64,000 nt of DNA from Syntrophales bacterium (GCA_040767195.1 JAXGPA010000003.1:1-64000); one strand, 5' to 3'; positions 40,744-51,172 are shown, counted from the first letter of the stretch. The notes: a model not told the origin generated them from the sequence alone. A program made the numbers and translations.

Positions 40744-42132
40744 CTAAAGAACGTACCGGCTCAGGTCCTCGTCCTCCATGATGAAGTCGAGTTTCTCCCG
40801 GACATAGTCGGCATCGATGACTATCTCCTTTTCCTGGAGATCGGGGGCGTCGAAGGAGACGTCCTCCACCAGTGTCTCCAGGATCGTGTAGAGCCTTCTC
40901 GCCCCGATGTTCTCCGTTCTCTCGTTCACCACGGCGGCCACGTCGGCGATCTGCTCGATGGCGTCGTCGGTGAACTCCAGGGAAAGCCCCTCCGTGGCCA
41001 GCATTTCCCGGTACTGAAGGATCAGGGCGTTGTCCGGTTCCGTGAGGATGCGGACGAAGTCTTCTTTTCCGAGGGAGTCCAGCTCCACCCGGATGGGGAA
41101 CCGACCCTGGAGTTCCGGGATCAGGTCCGAGGGCTTGGTGAAGCTGAAGGCGCCGGCGGCGATGAAAAGTACGTGGTCCGTCTTTACCATCCCGTATTTC
41201 GTGTTGACCGTGGAGCCTTCCACGATGGGCAGCAGGTCCCGCTGGACCCCCTCACGGGAAACATCGGGTCCGCTCGAGGCGTCGCTTCCCACGATTTTGT
41301 CGATTTCGTCAAGGAAGATGATTCCCGACTGCTCCACCCGCTCCACGGCCGTCCGTATGACCTTGTCCATGTCGACGAGCCGCTGGGCCTCCTCCTCGGC
41401 CAGTATTTCGACGGCCTCGGAAATCTTGACTTTCCGTTTCTTTTTCTTCTGGGGGAAGAGGTTTCCGAACATTTCCTTCATGTTGACCCCGAGATCCTCG
41501 ACGCCGGAGGAGGAGAAGATTTCGATCATGGGGCCCGTTCGTCCTTCGGAAACCTCGAGATCCACGGTGCGCTCGTCCAGTTTTCCGTCCCGGAAGAGTT
41601 TCCGGAGTTTTTCCCGGGTGTTGTCCCGGCCGGTCTCTTCCACGGGGAACGGCTTGACGGTGCCGTCGGGAGGGGGAAGGGCCTCCACCGAAGAGGGCGT
41701 GTCGGTCCGGCGGGGGGGCAGAAGAAGATCGAGGATCCGTTCTTCCGCCATTTCCAGGGACTTGGAGCGGACCGTTTCCTGTTCCTCCATCTTGACCATG
41801 TTGACGGAAAGCTCCAGAAGGTCGCGGATCATGGACTCCACGTCCCGTCCCACGTACCCCACCTCGGTGAACTTGGAGGCTTCCACTTTGATGAAAGGGG
41901 AATTGTCCAGCTTGGCGAGACGCCGGGCGATTTCCGTCTTTCCGACGCCGGTGGGCCCGATCATGATGATGTTTTTCGGGGCGATTTCCTCCCGGAGTTC
42001 TTCCGGGACGTTCTGCCGCCGCCACCGGTTCCGGAGAGCGATGGCCACGGCCCGCTTGGCGTCATCCTGGCCGATGATGAATTTGTCCAGTTCCGATACG
42101 ATTTCCCTGGGCGTCAAGTTTCTGGAGGGCAT
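40744..42132 (-). CDS. hslU: ATP-dependent protease ATPase subunit HslU
   Basis: [39 protein letters not shown] and ENIGARRL motifs. Confidence 0.98.
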   Translation of the reverse strand: MPSRNLTPREIVSELDKFIIGQDDAKRAVAIALRNRWRRQNVPEELREEIAPKNIIMIGPTGVGKTEIARRLAKLDNSPFIKVEASKFTEVGYVGRDVESMIRDLLELSVNMVKMEEQETVRSKSLEMAEERILDLLLPPRRTDTPSSVEALPPPDGTVKPFPVEETGRDNTREKLRKLFRDGKLDERTVDLEVSEGRTGPMIEIFSSSGVEDLGVNMKEMFGNLFPQKKKKRKVKISEAVEILAEEEAQRLVDMDKVIRTAVERVEQSGIIFLDEIDKIVGSDASSGPDVSREGVQRDLLPIVEGSTVNTKYGMVKTDHVLFIAAGAFSFTKPSDLIPELQGRFPIRVELDSLGKEDFVRILTEPDNALILQYREMLATEGLSLEFTDDAIEQIADVAAVVNERTENIGARRLYTILETLVEDVSFDAPDLQEKEIVIDADYVREKLDFIMEDEDLSRYVL

Positions 42133-42217
42133 GCCGAAGCTTCCTTATCACGCGTGATGTGACCGCGACTCGAACGGTTCGAGAAAGCCATAAACACTAT
42201 CACCAATTATTAAGTTG

Positions 42218-42811
42218 TCAAGGATTTAATCGCTTTTTAAGGCGATTTTTTTTAATCGGCGGGCCTTCCTCTTCCTCCGTGTCGATTTCTTCCAGGGTGA
42301 TGTTCTTGTTGGTGTAGACACAGATGTCGGCGGCTATTTCCATGGCTTCCCGGACGATTTCCGGCGCCTCGAGCCCGGACCGGCGGATCAGCGCACGGGC
42401 GGCGGCCAGGGCGTAGGGCCCCCCGGAACCGATGGCCATGACCTCATCGTCCGATTCGACCACGTCCCCGTTGCCTGAAATAATGAGGGCGTTTTCGCGG
42501 CTCACGGCGATCATGAGGGCCTCGAGATGCCGAAGAACCCGGTCGGTGCGCCAGTCCTTGGCCAGTTCAACAGCCGAGCGGAGCAGGTTCCCGCCGAAAA
42601 GTTCCAGCTTCTGGTCGAACCGTTCGAAAAGAGTGAACGCGTCCGCCGTGGCGCCGGCGAAGCCGACGATCACCCGGTTGTGATAGAGTCTTCGGACCTT
42701 CTTCGCCCCGTGCTTCAGGATGGTCATGTCCAGAGTCACCTGGCCGTCCCCGGCCACGGCGATCTTTCCCTTGTGGCGGACGGCGAGGATGGTGGTTCCG
42801 TGCATTTTCAT
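42218..42811 (-). CDS. hslV: ATP-dependent protease subunit HslV
   Basis: [27 protein letters not shown] and ICVYTN motifs. Confidence 0.97.
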   Translation of the reverse strand: MKMHGTTILAVRHKGKIAVAGDGQVTLDMTILKHGAKKVRRLYHNRVIVGFAGATADAFTLFERFDQKLELFGGNLLRSAVELAKDWRTDRVLRHLEALMIAVSRENALIISGNGDVVESDDEVMAIGSGGPYALAAARALIRRSGLEAPEIVREAMEIAADICVYTNKNITLEEIDTEEEEGPPIKKNRLKKRLNP

Positions 42812-43752
42812 CGGCTGTTCTTTGCTCCTTTCGCTTTGGGGTGTGCCCTGTCATACACGTCCATGAGGCGCATGACCGTGGCCGACGTGTATTTCTGGGT
42901 CGTCGACAGGCTTTCGTGACCTAAAAGTTCCTGTATCGTTCGCAGGTCCGCCCCGGCATCCATAAGGTGAGTGGCGAAACTGTGCCTCAGGGCGTGGGGA
43001 CTGATTCTGCCCGGGATTCCTGTCTCTCTCACCCTCTTGTCGAGGAGACGGGCGACGCCCCGCGGGGTGAGACGGGTCCCGAAACGGTTGAGAAAGAACG
43101 GGGAGGCCCCCTCCCGGGGCAGGCCGGTTTTTTTCCTGTCCGAGAGATACCCCTGAAGGGCTTTCCCGGCAGCAGGACCAAAGGGGACGATACGTTCTTT
43201 TCTGCCTTTTCCCACGACCCGGATAAGTCCGTTTTCCAGGTCCACGTCCAGGAGGTTCAGCCCCGTCAGTTCCCCTACGCGGACACCGGAAGAGTAAAGG
43301 AGTTCCAGGATGGCCCGGTCCCGCCGACCCGTCGGCGTTTCCGGCGACGGCCCGTCCAGCAGGGCGAAGGCTTCGTCCACCGTGAGAAACCGGGGCAGGT
43401 GTCTTTCTCCCCGGGGGGCGGAGACCTTCTCCATGGGGTTCTCGGACCGCCACCCCCTTCGAAGGAGATATCGAAAGAACGTTCTCAGGGCCGACACTTT
43501 TCTGGAAATGGAGGTCTTCTTTTCCTTGAACCGGTAGAGGCGGGACAGGAAAGCCCGGATGACGGGAACCGTCGGGGCCTCCGGGGCCAGGAGGGTGTCG
43601 TCTTTGTCTCCGTCGCCCTGTTCCTGCAGAAAAGCGAGGAACTGGTTGATGTCCGAAAGATAGTTTCGAACGGTGTGGGAGGAGAGGTTTCTCTCCTCCC
43701 GAAGGTGTTTTTCAAATGCCTCGAGGATCTCTCCCGAAGTCGGCTTGTCCAT
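42808..43752 (-). CDS. xerC: Tyrosine recombinase XerC
   Basis: [33 protein letters not shown] and LLGH...TTQKY motifs; xerC-hslVU synteny. Confidence 0.92.
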   Translation of the reverse strand: MDKPTSGEILEAFEKHLREERNLSSHTVRNYLSDINQFLAFLQEQGDGDKDDTLLAPEAPTVPVIRAFLSRLYRFKEKKTSISRKVSALRTFFRYLLRRGWRSENPMEKVSAPRGERHLPRFLTVDEAFALLDGPSPETPTGRRDRAILELLYSSGVRVGELTGLNLLDVDLENGLIRVVGKGRKERIVPFGPAAGKALQGYLSDRKKTGLPREGASPFFLNRFGTRLTPRGVARLLDKRVRETGIPGRISPHALRHSFATHLMDAGADLRTIQELLGHESLSTTQKYTSATVMRLMDVYDRAHPKAKGAKNSR

Positions 43753-43756
43753 GGGC

Positions 43757-44002
43757 CTATCTTCCGGAAAAACGACGAACCCCGGCATAGTAACAGCAGC
43801 AGGAATTGTCGATATTGTTGTCGAAGATCCGGGTGTGCCCGTCCCGAAAGGTGATCCGCACGAAGGAGACGCCCCCGAGAACGTTCGAATTCATCTCCTC
43901 GACGACTACGCCGAACCCCCATTCGGGATACCGGAGATGGGTGACCTGGTCCCCCGGTTTCAGGTACAGGCGGCGCGTCTCTTCTTTCATGAACGGGGAC
44001 AT
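43757..44002 (-). CDS. Small DUF3553-like (SH3-like) protein
   Basis: LKPGDQVTHLRYPEWGFGVV...CCCYYAGVR; fills the gap between DUF151 and xerC; start 44002 or 43990. Confidence 0.65.
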   Translation of the reverse strand: MSPFMKEETRRLYLKPGDQVTHLRYPEWGFGVVVEEMNSNVLGGVSFVRITFRDGHTRIFDNNIDNSCCCYYAGVRRFSGR

Positions 44003-44006
44003 GGCG

Positions 44007-44507
44007 TTACATCTTGTATTTTCCGAAAGCCTCGGGAGACAGATTTTCCAGGATTTCCTTGAGTTTTTCCCTGGAATATTTACCCAGGTCCTCCGACTGG
44101 GCGCTGATGTCGATGTGGGTGGATTTTTCGATGACTTTCTCGTCCACGAAAATCGGTGCTTCCGCCCGGAGGGCCAGAGCGATGGCGTCGCTGGGGCGAG
44201 CGTCGATGGTTTTTTCCTTCCCATCCTTGAGACAGTGGATCAGGGCGAAAAAGGTGTTGTTCTTCAAGTCGTTTATGACGATTTTGACGACCTTGGCGTC
44301 CAGGGACTTGAGAACGTCGTGAAGAAGGTCGTGGGTCATGGGCCGGGCGAAGCTTATCTTTTCCATGACCGAAGCGATGGCGCTCGCCTCGAACAGCCCG
44401 ATCCAGATGGGAATGGCCTTGTTCTCGTCGAGATCCTTCAGGATCACGATGGGCGTGTTGGACATGGGGTCGATGGCCAGTCCGAACACCTTCATTTCAA
44501 CCAGCAT
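44007..44507 (-). CDS. Bifunctional nuclease family protein (DUF151)
   Basis: IPIWIGLFEA, RPMTHDLL and IDARPSDAIALA motifs. Confidence 0.93.
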   Translation of the reverse strand: MLVEMKVFGLAIDPMSNTPIVILKDLDENKAIPIWIGLFEASAIASVMEKISFARPMTHDLLHDVLKSLDAKVVKIVINDLKNNTFFALIHCLKDGKEKTIDARPSDAIALALRAEAPIFVDEKVIEKSTHIDISAQSEDLGKYSREKLKEILENLSPEAFGKYKM

Positions 44508-45843
44508 GAGGGTCCTCCTCTACCTCCGTGTATTCACCCCGAAGGGAGTGGGCACAGGCCCTGGTGATCTCGACGGGAAGCGTTCTTCCGATCATGGCGG
44601 GCGTTCCCGGGAAATTGACGATTCTGTTCGTGCGGGTCCTGCCCGTCACATCCTCCGCGGCGTTCCGACTGAGTCCCTCGACGAGAACGGTCTCCGTCAT
44701 CCCTTCCCGCGAGCGGTTTCTCTCCAGGGTGTGTTTTTCCTGAAGCGCCTGGAGTTCCGTGAGCCGGGCCCCTTTGACCCTCTCCTCCACGTGGTCCTCG
44801 AAAGACGCCGCTTTCGTCCCTTCCCGGATAGAGTACTTGAAAGAGAAAGCGCCGTCAAATTTTACCGCGTTCATGAGATCCAGGGTGTCCCGGAAATCCC
44901 CTTCCTCTTCTCCGGGAAACCCGACGATGATATCTGTCGTAATGGCGATGGATGGGCATATTTCTTTGAGTTTCCTCACCTTCTCGAGGTATTGGGAAGC
45001 GCTGTAGCGGCGGTTCATCCGCTGAAGGACGCGGTCCGACCCCGACTGGACGGGAAGGTGAATGTGTTCGCAGAGCCTGTTCAGGGAACCGAAACATTCC
45101 ATGAGTTCCAGGGAAAGATCCTTGGGGTGTGACGTGGTGAACCGGATACGCTCCAGGGAAGGAATGCCGTCCAGTTCCCTGAGAAGCCGGGGAAAATTGT
45201 CGCCGTTTCCCAGGGTGTCGCCATAGGAGTTCACGTTCTGACCGAGCAGGGTGATTTCCTTGACCCCCCGGGCGGTGAGCGTTTCCACCTCGCGAAGAAC
45301 ATCCCCCAGGGGCCGGCTTTCTTCCCGGCCCCTGAGATGGGGGACGACACAGAAAGCGCAGAAGTTGTTGCAGCCCTGCATGATGGTCACATAGGCGGAC
45401 AGGCATTCCCGGCGGGGCGGGGCGATGATTCCGATGGAGGGCACCGATTCCCGGAAAGCCGTTTCCGCCAGGGGCCTTCCTTCCCGGCTGGCCTGCTCGA
45501 TCATGGCGGGGAGACGGTCGATGTTATGGGTTCCCAGGACCAGGTCCACCTGGGGGAACTGTTCCAGGAGGTCTTTGCCGTACTTCTGGGCCATGCAGCC
45601 CAAGACGGCGACGATACGGGAAGGGTTCCGCTCCTTGAGGCGTCGGTACCGGCCAAGGAGGCTCATGACCTTCTGCTCCGCCTTCCGGCGGATGCTGCAG
45701 GTGTTCACGATGAGAATATCCGCTGTCCCTGCTTCCGCCGTTTCCCCGTATCCCGCTCCCGTCAGGAGTTCCGCCGCCTGTTCCGAATCATGGACATTCA
45801 TCTGGCACCCGAAGGTGCGGATGTGAAAAGAAAGCTTTTTCAT
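44497..45843 (-). CDS. miaB: tRNA-2-methylthio-N6-dimethylallyladenosine synthase
   Basis: TFGCQMNVHDS, NTCSIR, radical-SAM GCNNFCAFC, LLGQNVNSY, FTTSHP; C-terminal TRAM domain. Confidence 0.97.
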   Translation of the reverse strand: MKKLSFHIRTFGCQMNVHDSEQAAELLTGAGYGETAEAGTADILIVNTCSIRRKAEQKVMSLLGRYRRLKERNPSRIVAVLGCMAQKYGKDLLEQFPQVDLVLGTHNIDRLPAMIEQASREGRPLAETAFRESVPSIGIIAPPRRECLSAYVTIMQGCNNFCAFCVVPHLRGREESRPLGDVLREVETLTARGVKEITLLGQNVNSYGDTLGNGDNFPRLLRELDGIPSLERIRFTTSHPKDLSLELMECFGSLNRLCEHIHLPVQSGSDRVLQRMNRRYSASQYLEKVRKLKEICPSIAITTDIIVGFPGEEEGDFRDTLDLMNAVKFDGAFSFKYSIREGTKAASFEDHVEERVKGARLTELQALQEKHTLERNRSREGMTETVLVEGLSRNAAEDVTGRTRTNRIVNFPGTPAMIGRTLPVEITRACAHSLRGEYTEVEEDPHAG

Positions 45844-45861
45844 ATCACCCTTTTGAAACGC

Positions 45862-48015
45862 CTATTTCACGTGACGGAGAGAAATTTCCGTGTATCGGTG
45901 CTGCTTGAACTTGAATTTCTTTTCCCTGAAAAGCTTGAGACAGGCATCCACCACGTCGGGGTCATAGAGGATTCCCCGGTTTCTCGATATTTCCTCCAGC
46001 GCCGGCTTGAGCCCCAGGGCGGAGCGGTAAGGGCGGTGGGAAACCATGGCTTCGACCACGTCGGCGACGGCAAGAATGCGGGCTTCCAGAAGAATTTCCT
46101 CGCCGATGAGGCCCCTGGGATATCCCGTTCCGTTGACCCGTTCATGGTGCTGAAAGACGATCTGGTCGACGGGCCAGGGAAAATCGATATTCTTGAGAAT
46201 GTCGTAACCCACCTGGGGATGCACTTTCATCATGAGAAATTCGATGTCCGTGAGCATGTCGGGCTTGCTCAGGATTTCCGCGGGCTCGTAAATCTTTCCG
46301 ATGTCGTGGAGGGTGGCGGCCACGGTGATTCCATCGACCTTGTCCTCCGGGAGGCCCATTTCCTCGGCGATCGCCCGGGCCAGCTGGGTGACCCTCTGCT
46401 GATGTCCCGCCGTGTAAGGGTCCCTCTTTTCCGTCATGGAAGACAGGGCGTTCACCGTTTCCTCAAGCCGCCTCTGAAGCCTCTCGAAACTCCTGTCAAG
46501 TTCTTCCTGGGCCTGCTTGTGGGCCGTGATGTCCCGGACATACCCCATGTCCGCCGGCTGCTGATTGATGGAGATGATTCCGAAGGCGATTTCCACGTCC
46601 TTTTCACTGCCGCCCTTGCAGAGAACCTTCGTTTCGTAAAGCGGCAGGACGGTTCCCCCGGCCATGCGCATCTTGTATCTCTTGGCCACGAGTTTCCGGT
46701 ATTCCGGTGTGAAGATTTTCAGGAAGTGCATTCCCATGAGTTCCTCCACCGAGTATCCGGTGATGTCCGCCATGGCGCGGTTGGCGAATTTGAAGACTTC
46801 CTCCTGGATGATGACCACCCCGTACATGGCCTGCTCGACGACGGAAGAGTATTTCTCTTCGCTTTCCCGGAGCTGCTGTTCCTTTTCCTTACGGGTGGTG
46901 ATGTTTTCGTACACGACGACGATCCGCTTTTCCCTGAGGACACCGCCGACCCGGGCGGCGCTCACGTTGCAGACGATGGGATCGCCGTCCCGGGTGACGC
47001 AGGGGAATTCCTCGCTGTAGGTTTCATCGTGCTCCAGGACGGGGTAGAAATGCCTGCCTATTTTCTCGAAATCTTCGTCAGACCGGTAAAAGATCCGCGT
47101 CTTTTTCCCGATGACCTCTTCCGGTTCCCACCCGAAGACCGCTTTCACCGAGTCGTTGGCGAAGATGATCTGCCGGTTTTCCAGGCCGATGACGGCATGG
47201 GGGATGGCGTCCAGGATGGAAGATTCCATTTCCTGGACTTCCTCGAGGCGCAGCCGGGCCTCCCTCTCCCTCGTCACATCCATGGAGTTCCCCAGGATGG
47301 CCCGACGGCCGAAATAATCGATGGCCGTGACGTTCTCGAGAATCCAGATGACCTTGCCGTCCTTCGTGATCGTCCGGTGTTCGTAGGGGAAATGCCTGTC
47401 CCCCTTGAGCATCCGGATGGCGTTCTGGCGCACCATTTCCCGGTCGTCGGGGTGGACCAGGTGCTCCGAGTCCATTCCGATGAGTTCTTCCTTGGTGTAT
47501 CCCGAATGCTCCGACATGTAGGGGTTTACGAAAACGAATTTCTTGTCCTGGATGACGTAAACGCCCGCCTGGGAACTGTGGGCCAGCTTGCTGTAAAGCT
47601 CCTCCGCCTGTTTCTGGTCGCTCCGGTCCTGGATGATGCCATGATAGCCTGTAATTTTACCGTTCTGCCGGCGGACGGCCATGTTCATACTGCAGTCGAT
47701 GACCCGGCCGTTCTTGCTTTTCAGCCGGACGGGGTAGTTTCGGATGTAACCCGTCGACTCGATTTCCTTCATGAAAACCCGCCGGTCCTTGGGGTTGGCG
47801 TAGAGGCTGCGGACATTGAGCGCCTTCAGCTCATCGGGCGTATAGCCGAAGAGGTCCAGGGCGGCCTGGTTGAAATTGACGAGACGCCCCTGCCGGCTGG
47901 TGGTGATCATGGCGTCCCGGGACTCTTCGATGAGTGTCCGGCACTTGGCCTCGCTTTCCCGGAGGTAGTTCAGTTCCTCCAGGAGCTGCTTCCTCGTTTT
48001 CTTTTCGTCCTTCAT
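45862..48015 (-). CDS. PAS(x4)-HD-GYP cyclic dinucleotide phosphodiesterase
   Basis: Four PAS/PAC repeats; RDPYTAGHQQRV, LHDIGK, HHERVNGTGYP and ADVVEAM motifs. Confidence 0.93.
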   Translation of the reverse strand: MKDEKKTRKQLLEELNYLRESEAKCRTLIEESRDAMITTSRQGRLVNFNQAALDLFGYTPDELKALNVRSLYANPKDRRVFMKEIESTGYIRNYPVRLKSKNGRVIDCSMNMAVRRQNGKITGYHGIIQDRSDQKQAEELYSKLAHSSQAGVYVIQDKKFVFVNPYMSEHSGYTKEELIGMDSEHLVHPDDREMVRQNAIRMLKGDRHFPYEHRTITKDGKVIWILENVTAIDYFGRRAILGNSMDVTREREARLRLEEVQEMESSILDAIPHAVIGLENRQIIFANDSVKAVFGWEPEEVIGKKTRIFYRSDEDFEKIGRHFYPVLEHDETYSEEFPCVTRDGDPIVCNVSAARVGGVLREKRIVVVYENITTRKEKEQQLRESEEKYSSVVEQAMYGVVIIQEEVFKFANRAMADITGYSVEELMGMHFLKIFTPEYRKLVAKRYKMRMAGGTVLPLYETKVLCKGGSEKDVEIAFGIISINQQPADMGYVRDITAHKQAQEELDRSFERLQRRLEETVNALSSMTEKRDPYTAGHQQRVTQLARAIAEEMGLPEDKVDGITVAATLHDIGKIYEPAEILSKPDMLTDIEFLMMKVHPQVGYDILKNIDFPWPVDQIVFQHHERVNGTGYPRGLIGEEILLEARILAVADVVEAMVSHRPYRSALGLKPALEEISRNRGILYDPDVVDACLKLFREKKFKFKQHRYTEISLRHVK

Positions 48016-48041
48016 GGTCGTCCTCGAGGGAAAAGCGTTTC

Positions 48042-49490
48042 TCAAGTCTTGGGATCACCGCGGTAAGTGTCGAACCCGTCCCGCGTCTTCGCCTTGACCG
48101 CATACATGGCCTTGTCCGCCCCTTTCATCAGCCTTTCGAGATCCTCACCGTGATCGGGATAAAGAGCGATTCCCAGGCTTATGGTGACGGAAAGAGAGTC
48201 CTCTTCTATCAAAAAAGGACGCCGGAACGCTTCGACGATTTTGCCCGCCGTGTTTTCCGCGTCCTTCTGCGAGCGGATTTCCTGAAGCAGGAGAATGAAC
48301 TCGTCGCCGCCCATGCGGGCCACCAGGTCTTCCGTCCGAACCGATTCCTGGAGACGTTTTCCGACGGCCTGCAGGAGGAGGTCCCCTGTCTTGTGCCCCA
48401 GGGTGTCGTTAATCTCCTTGAACTTGTCCAGGTCGAGGAGAAGGACGGCCATTTTTTCCCCGTAACGGGACGCCCGGGCCCGGGCCAGGAGGAACTGCTC
48501 GCTGAAGAGAAAACGGTTGGGGACACCCGTGAGGGGGTCGTGGTAAGCCAGTTTCCGGATCTCTTCCTCGGCCCTGACCCGTTCCGTGATGTCCCTGACG
48601 AAACCCATGTCGGCGGGTTTTTCTCCGAAGGGAATGACGGTGAAGGATATTTCCACGTTCCGGACGGATCCGTCCTGCCGCTGAATTTTTGTTTCGTATA
48701 CGGGAGGGGGCGCGGGGCCCCCGGAAAGGCGCATTTCGTACCTCTCGTGGATCAGGTGCCGCTGATCCGCCGTAAAGAGGTCCAGGAACGGTTTTTCCGT
48801 CAGTTCATGGACGGGGAACCCGGAGATTTCCGCCATGGCCGGGTTGGCGTATTTAAAGAGGTAATCCTGGATAATCACGATCCCGTCGCGGGTGCTTTCC
48901 ACCACCGTGGCGTACTTTTCTTCGCTTTCCCTGAGTTTTTCCTCCGTTTCCTTCCGTTCGATGATCCTTCCGAGGCGCTCGGCGACGGCCCAGACGAGCT
49001 TGACCTCGCTTTCCTCGAAAAGGGAAGACGGGCTGCGGGGAGGCTCTTCCAGGTAATTGACTTCGAGAAACCCGACGGCGCGGCCCCACGCGTGCACAGG
49101 GCGGACAAGCTTCCAGGGGGTTTCCCGGAAACGGCTGGTGCGATACGTTTTTCCCGACACGAAGAGACGGGCGGAAACGATGTCCTTCAGCTCCATGGCG
49201 CCGGGAAGGAGCCCCACCGTTCCCGCCAGGAGGTCTTCCAGGGGGCCCTTTTTTTCGACGAGGTCGGAAAGGGCGTACAGGCAGTCTAGTTCCCGGAGCC
49301 GCTTTTCCAGTTCCCGGGTTTTTTCAAGCAGGGCGTCCTCGGCGTTCATGCACTGGAGTTCGAGAGTTTCCCACTGGGCCCTTCTCTGGCGCATTCTTTC
49401 CAGGGCCTCGAGAAGCTGTTCACGGGTCAAGTCCGTCATCTGCTGCGTCACAGCCATCCCTTTCATGCCTTTTGCGACTGGAATCACCAT
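48042..49490 (-). CDS. PAS-GGDEF diguanylate cyclase (start uncertain, 49490-49439)
   Basis: HDPLTGVPNR, DLDKFKEINDTLGH, RTED (RxxD I-site) followed by MGGDEF. Confidence 0.93.
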   Translation of the reverse strand: MVIPVAKGMKGMAVTQQMTDLTREQLLEALERMRQRRAQWETLELQCMNAEDALLEKTRELEKRLRELDCLYALSDLVEKKGPLEDLLAGTVGLLPGAMELKDIVSARLFVSGKTYRTSRFRETPWKLVRPVHAWGRAVGFLEVNYLEEPPRSPSSLFEESEVKLVWAVAERLGRIIERKETEEKLRESEEKYATVVESTRDGIVIIQDYLFKYANPAMAEISGFPVHELTEKPFLDLFTADQRHLIHERYEMRLSGGPAPPPVYETKIQRQDGSVRNVEISFTVIPFGEKPADMGFVRDITERVRAEEEIRKLAYHDPLTGVPNRFLFSEQFLLARARASRYGEKMAVLLLDLDKFKEINDTLGHKTGDLLLQAVGKRLQESVRTEDLVARMGGDEFILLLQEIRSQKDAENTAGKIVEAFRRPFLIEEDSLSVTISLGIALYPDHGEDLERLMKGADKAMYAVKAKTRDGFDTYRGDPKT

Positions 49491-49601
49491 TTAAGATAAC
49501 ATCGACCATTTAAAAAAGCGATCTTTTAGCACCTTTCGGACGCATGGACCCCCCCGGCGGGGCCGGGGCACCGAACGCCTCTTTTTTTTCCGGGCACAGG
49601 C

Positions 49602-49768
49602 CTTGATGAACTCGTAAAAACTAGAAAAATGTTCAGTTACCGACGGCTTTGAAAAAAGATCCGGAGGCAGAGCGCCCAAATCCCGAGGAATGAGAAGTAC
49701 TTATCGGTACGTTGCCATGACGGGGGATGAAGGGCAACACGGCATAGGGACTTTTTGAGAAGTCGTCA
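49602..49768. mobile_element. ~165 bp MITE/REPIN-like repeat, copy 1
   Basis: About 85% identical by hand count, ungapped, to 54470-54633; inverted ends GATGAACTCGTAAAAA / CTTTTT..GAAGTCGTCA. Confidence 0.8.
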
Positions 49769-49873
49769 GCCTTTGTTGTTGATAAAATAAAGCCTGTTTC
49801 ATATATACTATTCACCCATACGAGTAAAGGCAACCCCTGGAGAAAACACCCCTGGAAGCCCTGGAGGCAACCG

Positions 49874-50593
49874 ATGATCGACCGGAAAAAGGACCGGGAG
49901 ACGGGACGGACCGCTACCATCCTCGGCTGGAAAGGCCACAGGAAGCGGCTGAAAGAGAGGTTCCGATTACACGGACTGTCTTCCCTGCATGATTATGAAG
50001 CCCTCGAGCTGCTTCTCTTTTATGCCGTCCCGAGGAAGGATGTAAAACCTCTGGCCAAGGGGCTTATCTTAGCCTTCGGCGGGCTCAGGGGGGTTTTTGA
50101 CGCCTCTTTCGAGGATCTCAAAAAGATCCCCGGCATGGGGGAAAATGCTTCCCTTCTTCTTCCCCTTGTCAAGGCGCTGGGAAGCGCTTACCTGAAGGAG
50201 CGGGCCCTGGAAGGGGAACAGCTTTCCTGCACGGAAGATCTTGTGAGATACTGCATGGCCTCCATGGGAGGCCTGAAGGACGAGCGTTTTACCGTCATTT
50301 TTCTCAACACTCGAAACCGGATCATCGAGGTGGAAGACATCCAGGACGGCACGGTGAACCAGGCTGTCGTCTATCCCCGGAAGATCCTTGAAAAAGCCCT
50401 TCAGCACAAGGCTTCGGCCATGATCCTCGTGCACAACCACCCCTCGGGGAACACAGCGCCCTCGGAAGCGGATGTCCGCCTCACCCGGGCCGTCCAGGAA
50501 ACGGCAAAAATTCTGGATATCCGGATCCACGATCACCTGATCATCGGCGGAAACCGGTATTTCAGTTTCCGCGGGGAAGGGTTGCTTTCCTGA
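49874..50593 (+). CDS. radC: RadC/UPF0758 JAB-domain protein
   Basis: GHRKRLKERF, YEALELLL, GTVNQAVVYPR and HNHPSG...PSEAD...HDHLII motifs. Confidence 0.95.
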   Translation: MIDRKKDRETGRTATILGWKGHRKRLKERFRLHGLSSLHDYEALELLLFYAVPRKDVKPLAKGLILAFGGLRGVFDASFEDLKKIPGMGENASLLLPLVKALGSAYLKERALEGEQLSCTEDLVRYCMASMGGLKDERFTVIFLNTRNRIIEVEDIQDGTVNQAVVYPRKILEKALQHKASAMILVHNHPSGNTAPSEADVRLTRAVQETAKILDIRIHDHLIIGGNRYFSFRGEGLLS

Positions 50594-50692
50594 TCGCCTG
50601 AAAATGCGCCTCCGCCCGGACCGATGCGCCGAAAGAGGGACGCTGCTTTAGCGAACGGCGGGGGAACGCCGCCGGGAAATGTCGTTTTAGCT

Positions 50693-50712
50693 GTTTTTAC
50701 GAGTTCATCAAG
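50693..50712 (-). repeat. Solo terminal repeat of the MITE-like family
   Basis: GTTTTTACGAGTTCATCAAG, the exact reverse complement of 49602-49621. Confidence 0.85.
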
Positions 50713-50890
50713 ATTCGGCCGGCTACAGAAAAGGAAAAAGGGCAGGGGATGCAAGCGGCGGGACGGGATGGCGTCGTCCCCTGAAAAAAGAGGAGAAAAG
50801 GCCACACCCTTTCTCCTCCTCCGTGTCACCGTATCCGAAAGCCCGGCTTTCAAACCTCGGTTTTTTCAGCCGGAGCCCGGAAGCTCAGCT

Positions 50891-51172
50891 TCATTTACCC
50901 TGATTGACCATCTCCTTGAGTTCTTTTCCGACCTTGAAAAAGGGGAGTCGCTTCGGGTCCACTTTGATCGTTCCCCCCGTCTTCGGGTTTCTGCCCATGT
51001 AAGCGCCGTAGGCCCTGACAACGAAGCTGCCAAAGCCGCGGATCTCGATACGGCCCTCGTTCCGCAGTTCGTCGGTGAAGCTCTTGAAAATGAGATTGAC
51101 CACGTCCGTCGCCTGCCGTTCCGTGAGGTTTTCCTTTTTGCTCAGCGCTTCGATCAACTGTGACTTGTTCAT
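50891..51172 (-). CDS. ihfB: Integration host factor beta-like protein
   Basis: MNKSQLI, RIEIRGFGSF, GRNPKTG and PFFKVGKELK motifs. Confidence 0.85.
   Translation of the reverse strand: MNKSQLIEALSKKENLTERQATDVVNLIFKSFTDELRNEGRIEIRGFGSFVVRAYGAYMGRNPKTGGTIKVDPKRLPFFKVGKELKEMVNQGK

Noticed and set aside
42808..43752. Phage/ICE integrase
   Set aside because: Size, motifs and xerC-hslVU synteny indicate housekeeping XerC.
45337..48066. Long antisense ORFs (909 aa here; also 67-1359, 1067-2995, 11609-13147, 33490-35148, 55966-58395 and others)
   Set aside because: Shadow frames of well-supported genes, expected from GC-rich codon bias; no recognisable motifs.
50615..50680. c-di-GMP-I riboswitch (CGAAAGAGGGACGC)
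   Set aside because: Lacks the GGCAAA and GCAAAGC context and the second stem, and lies between convergent genes.
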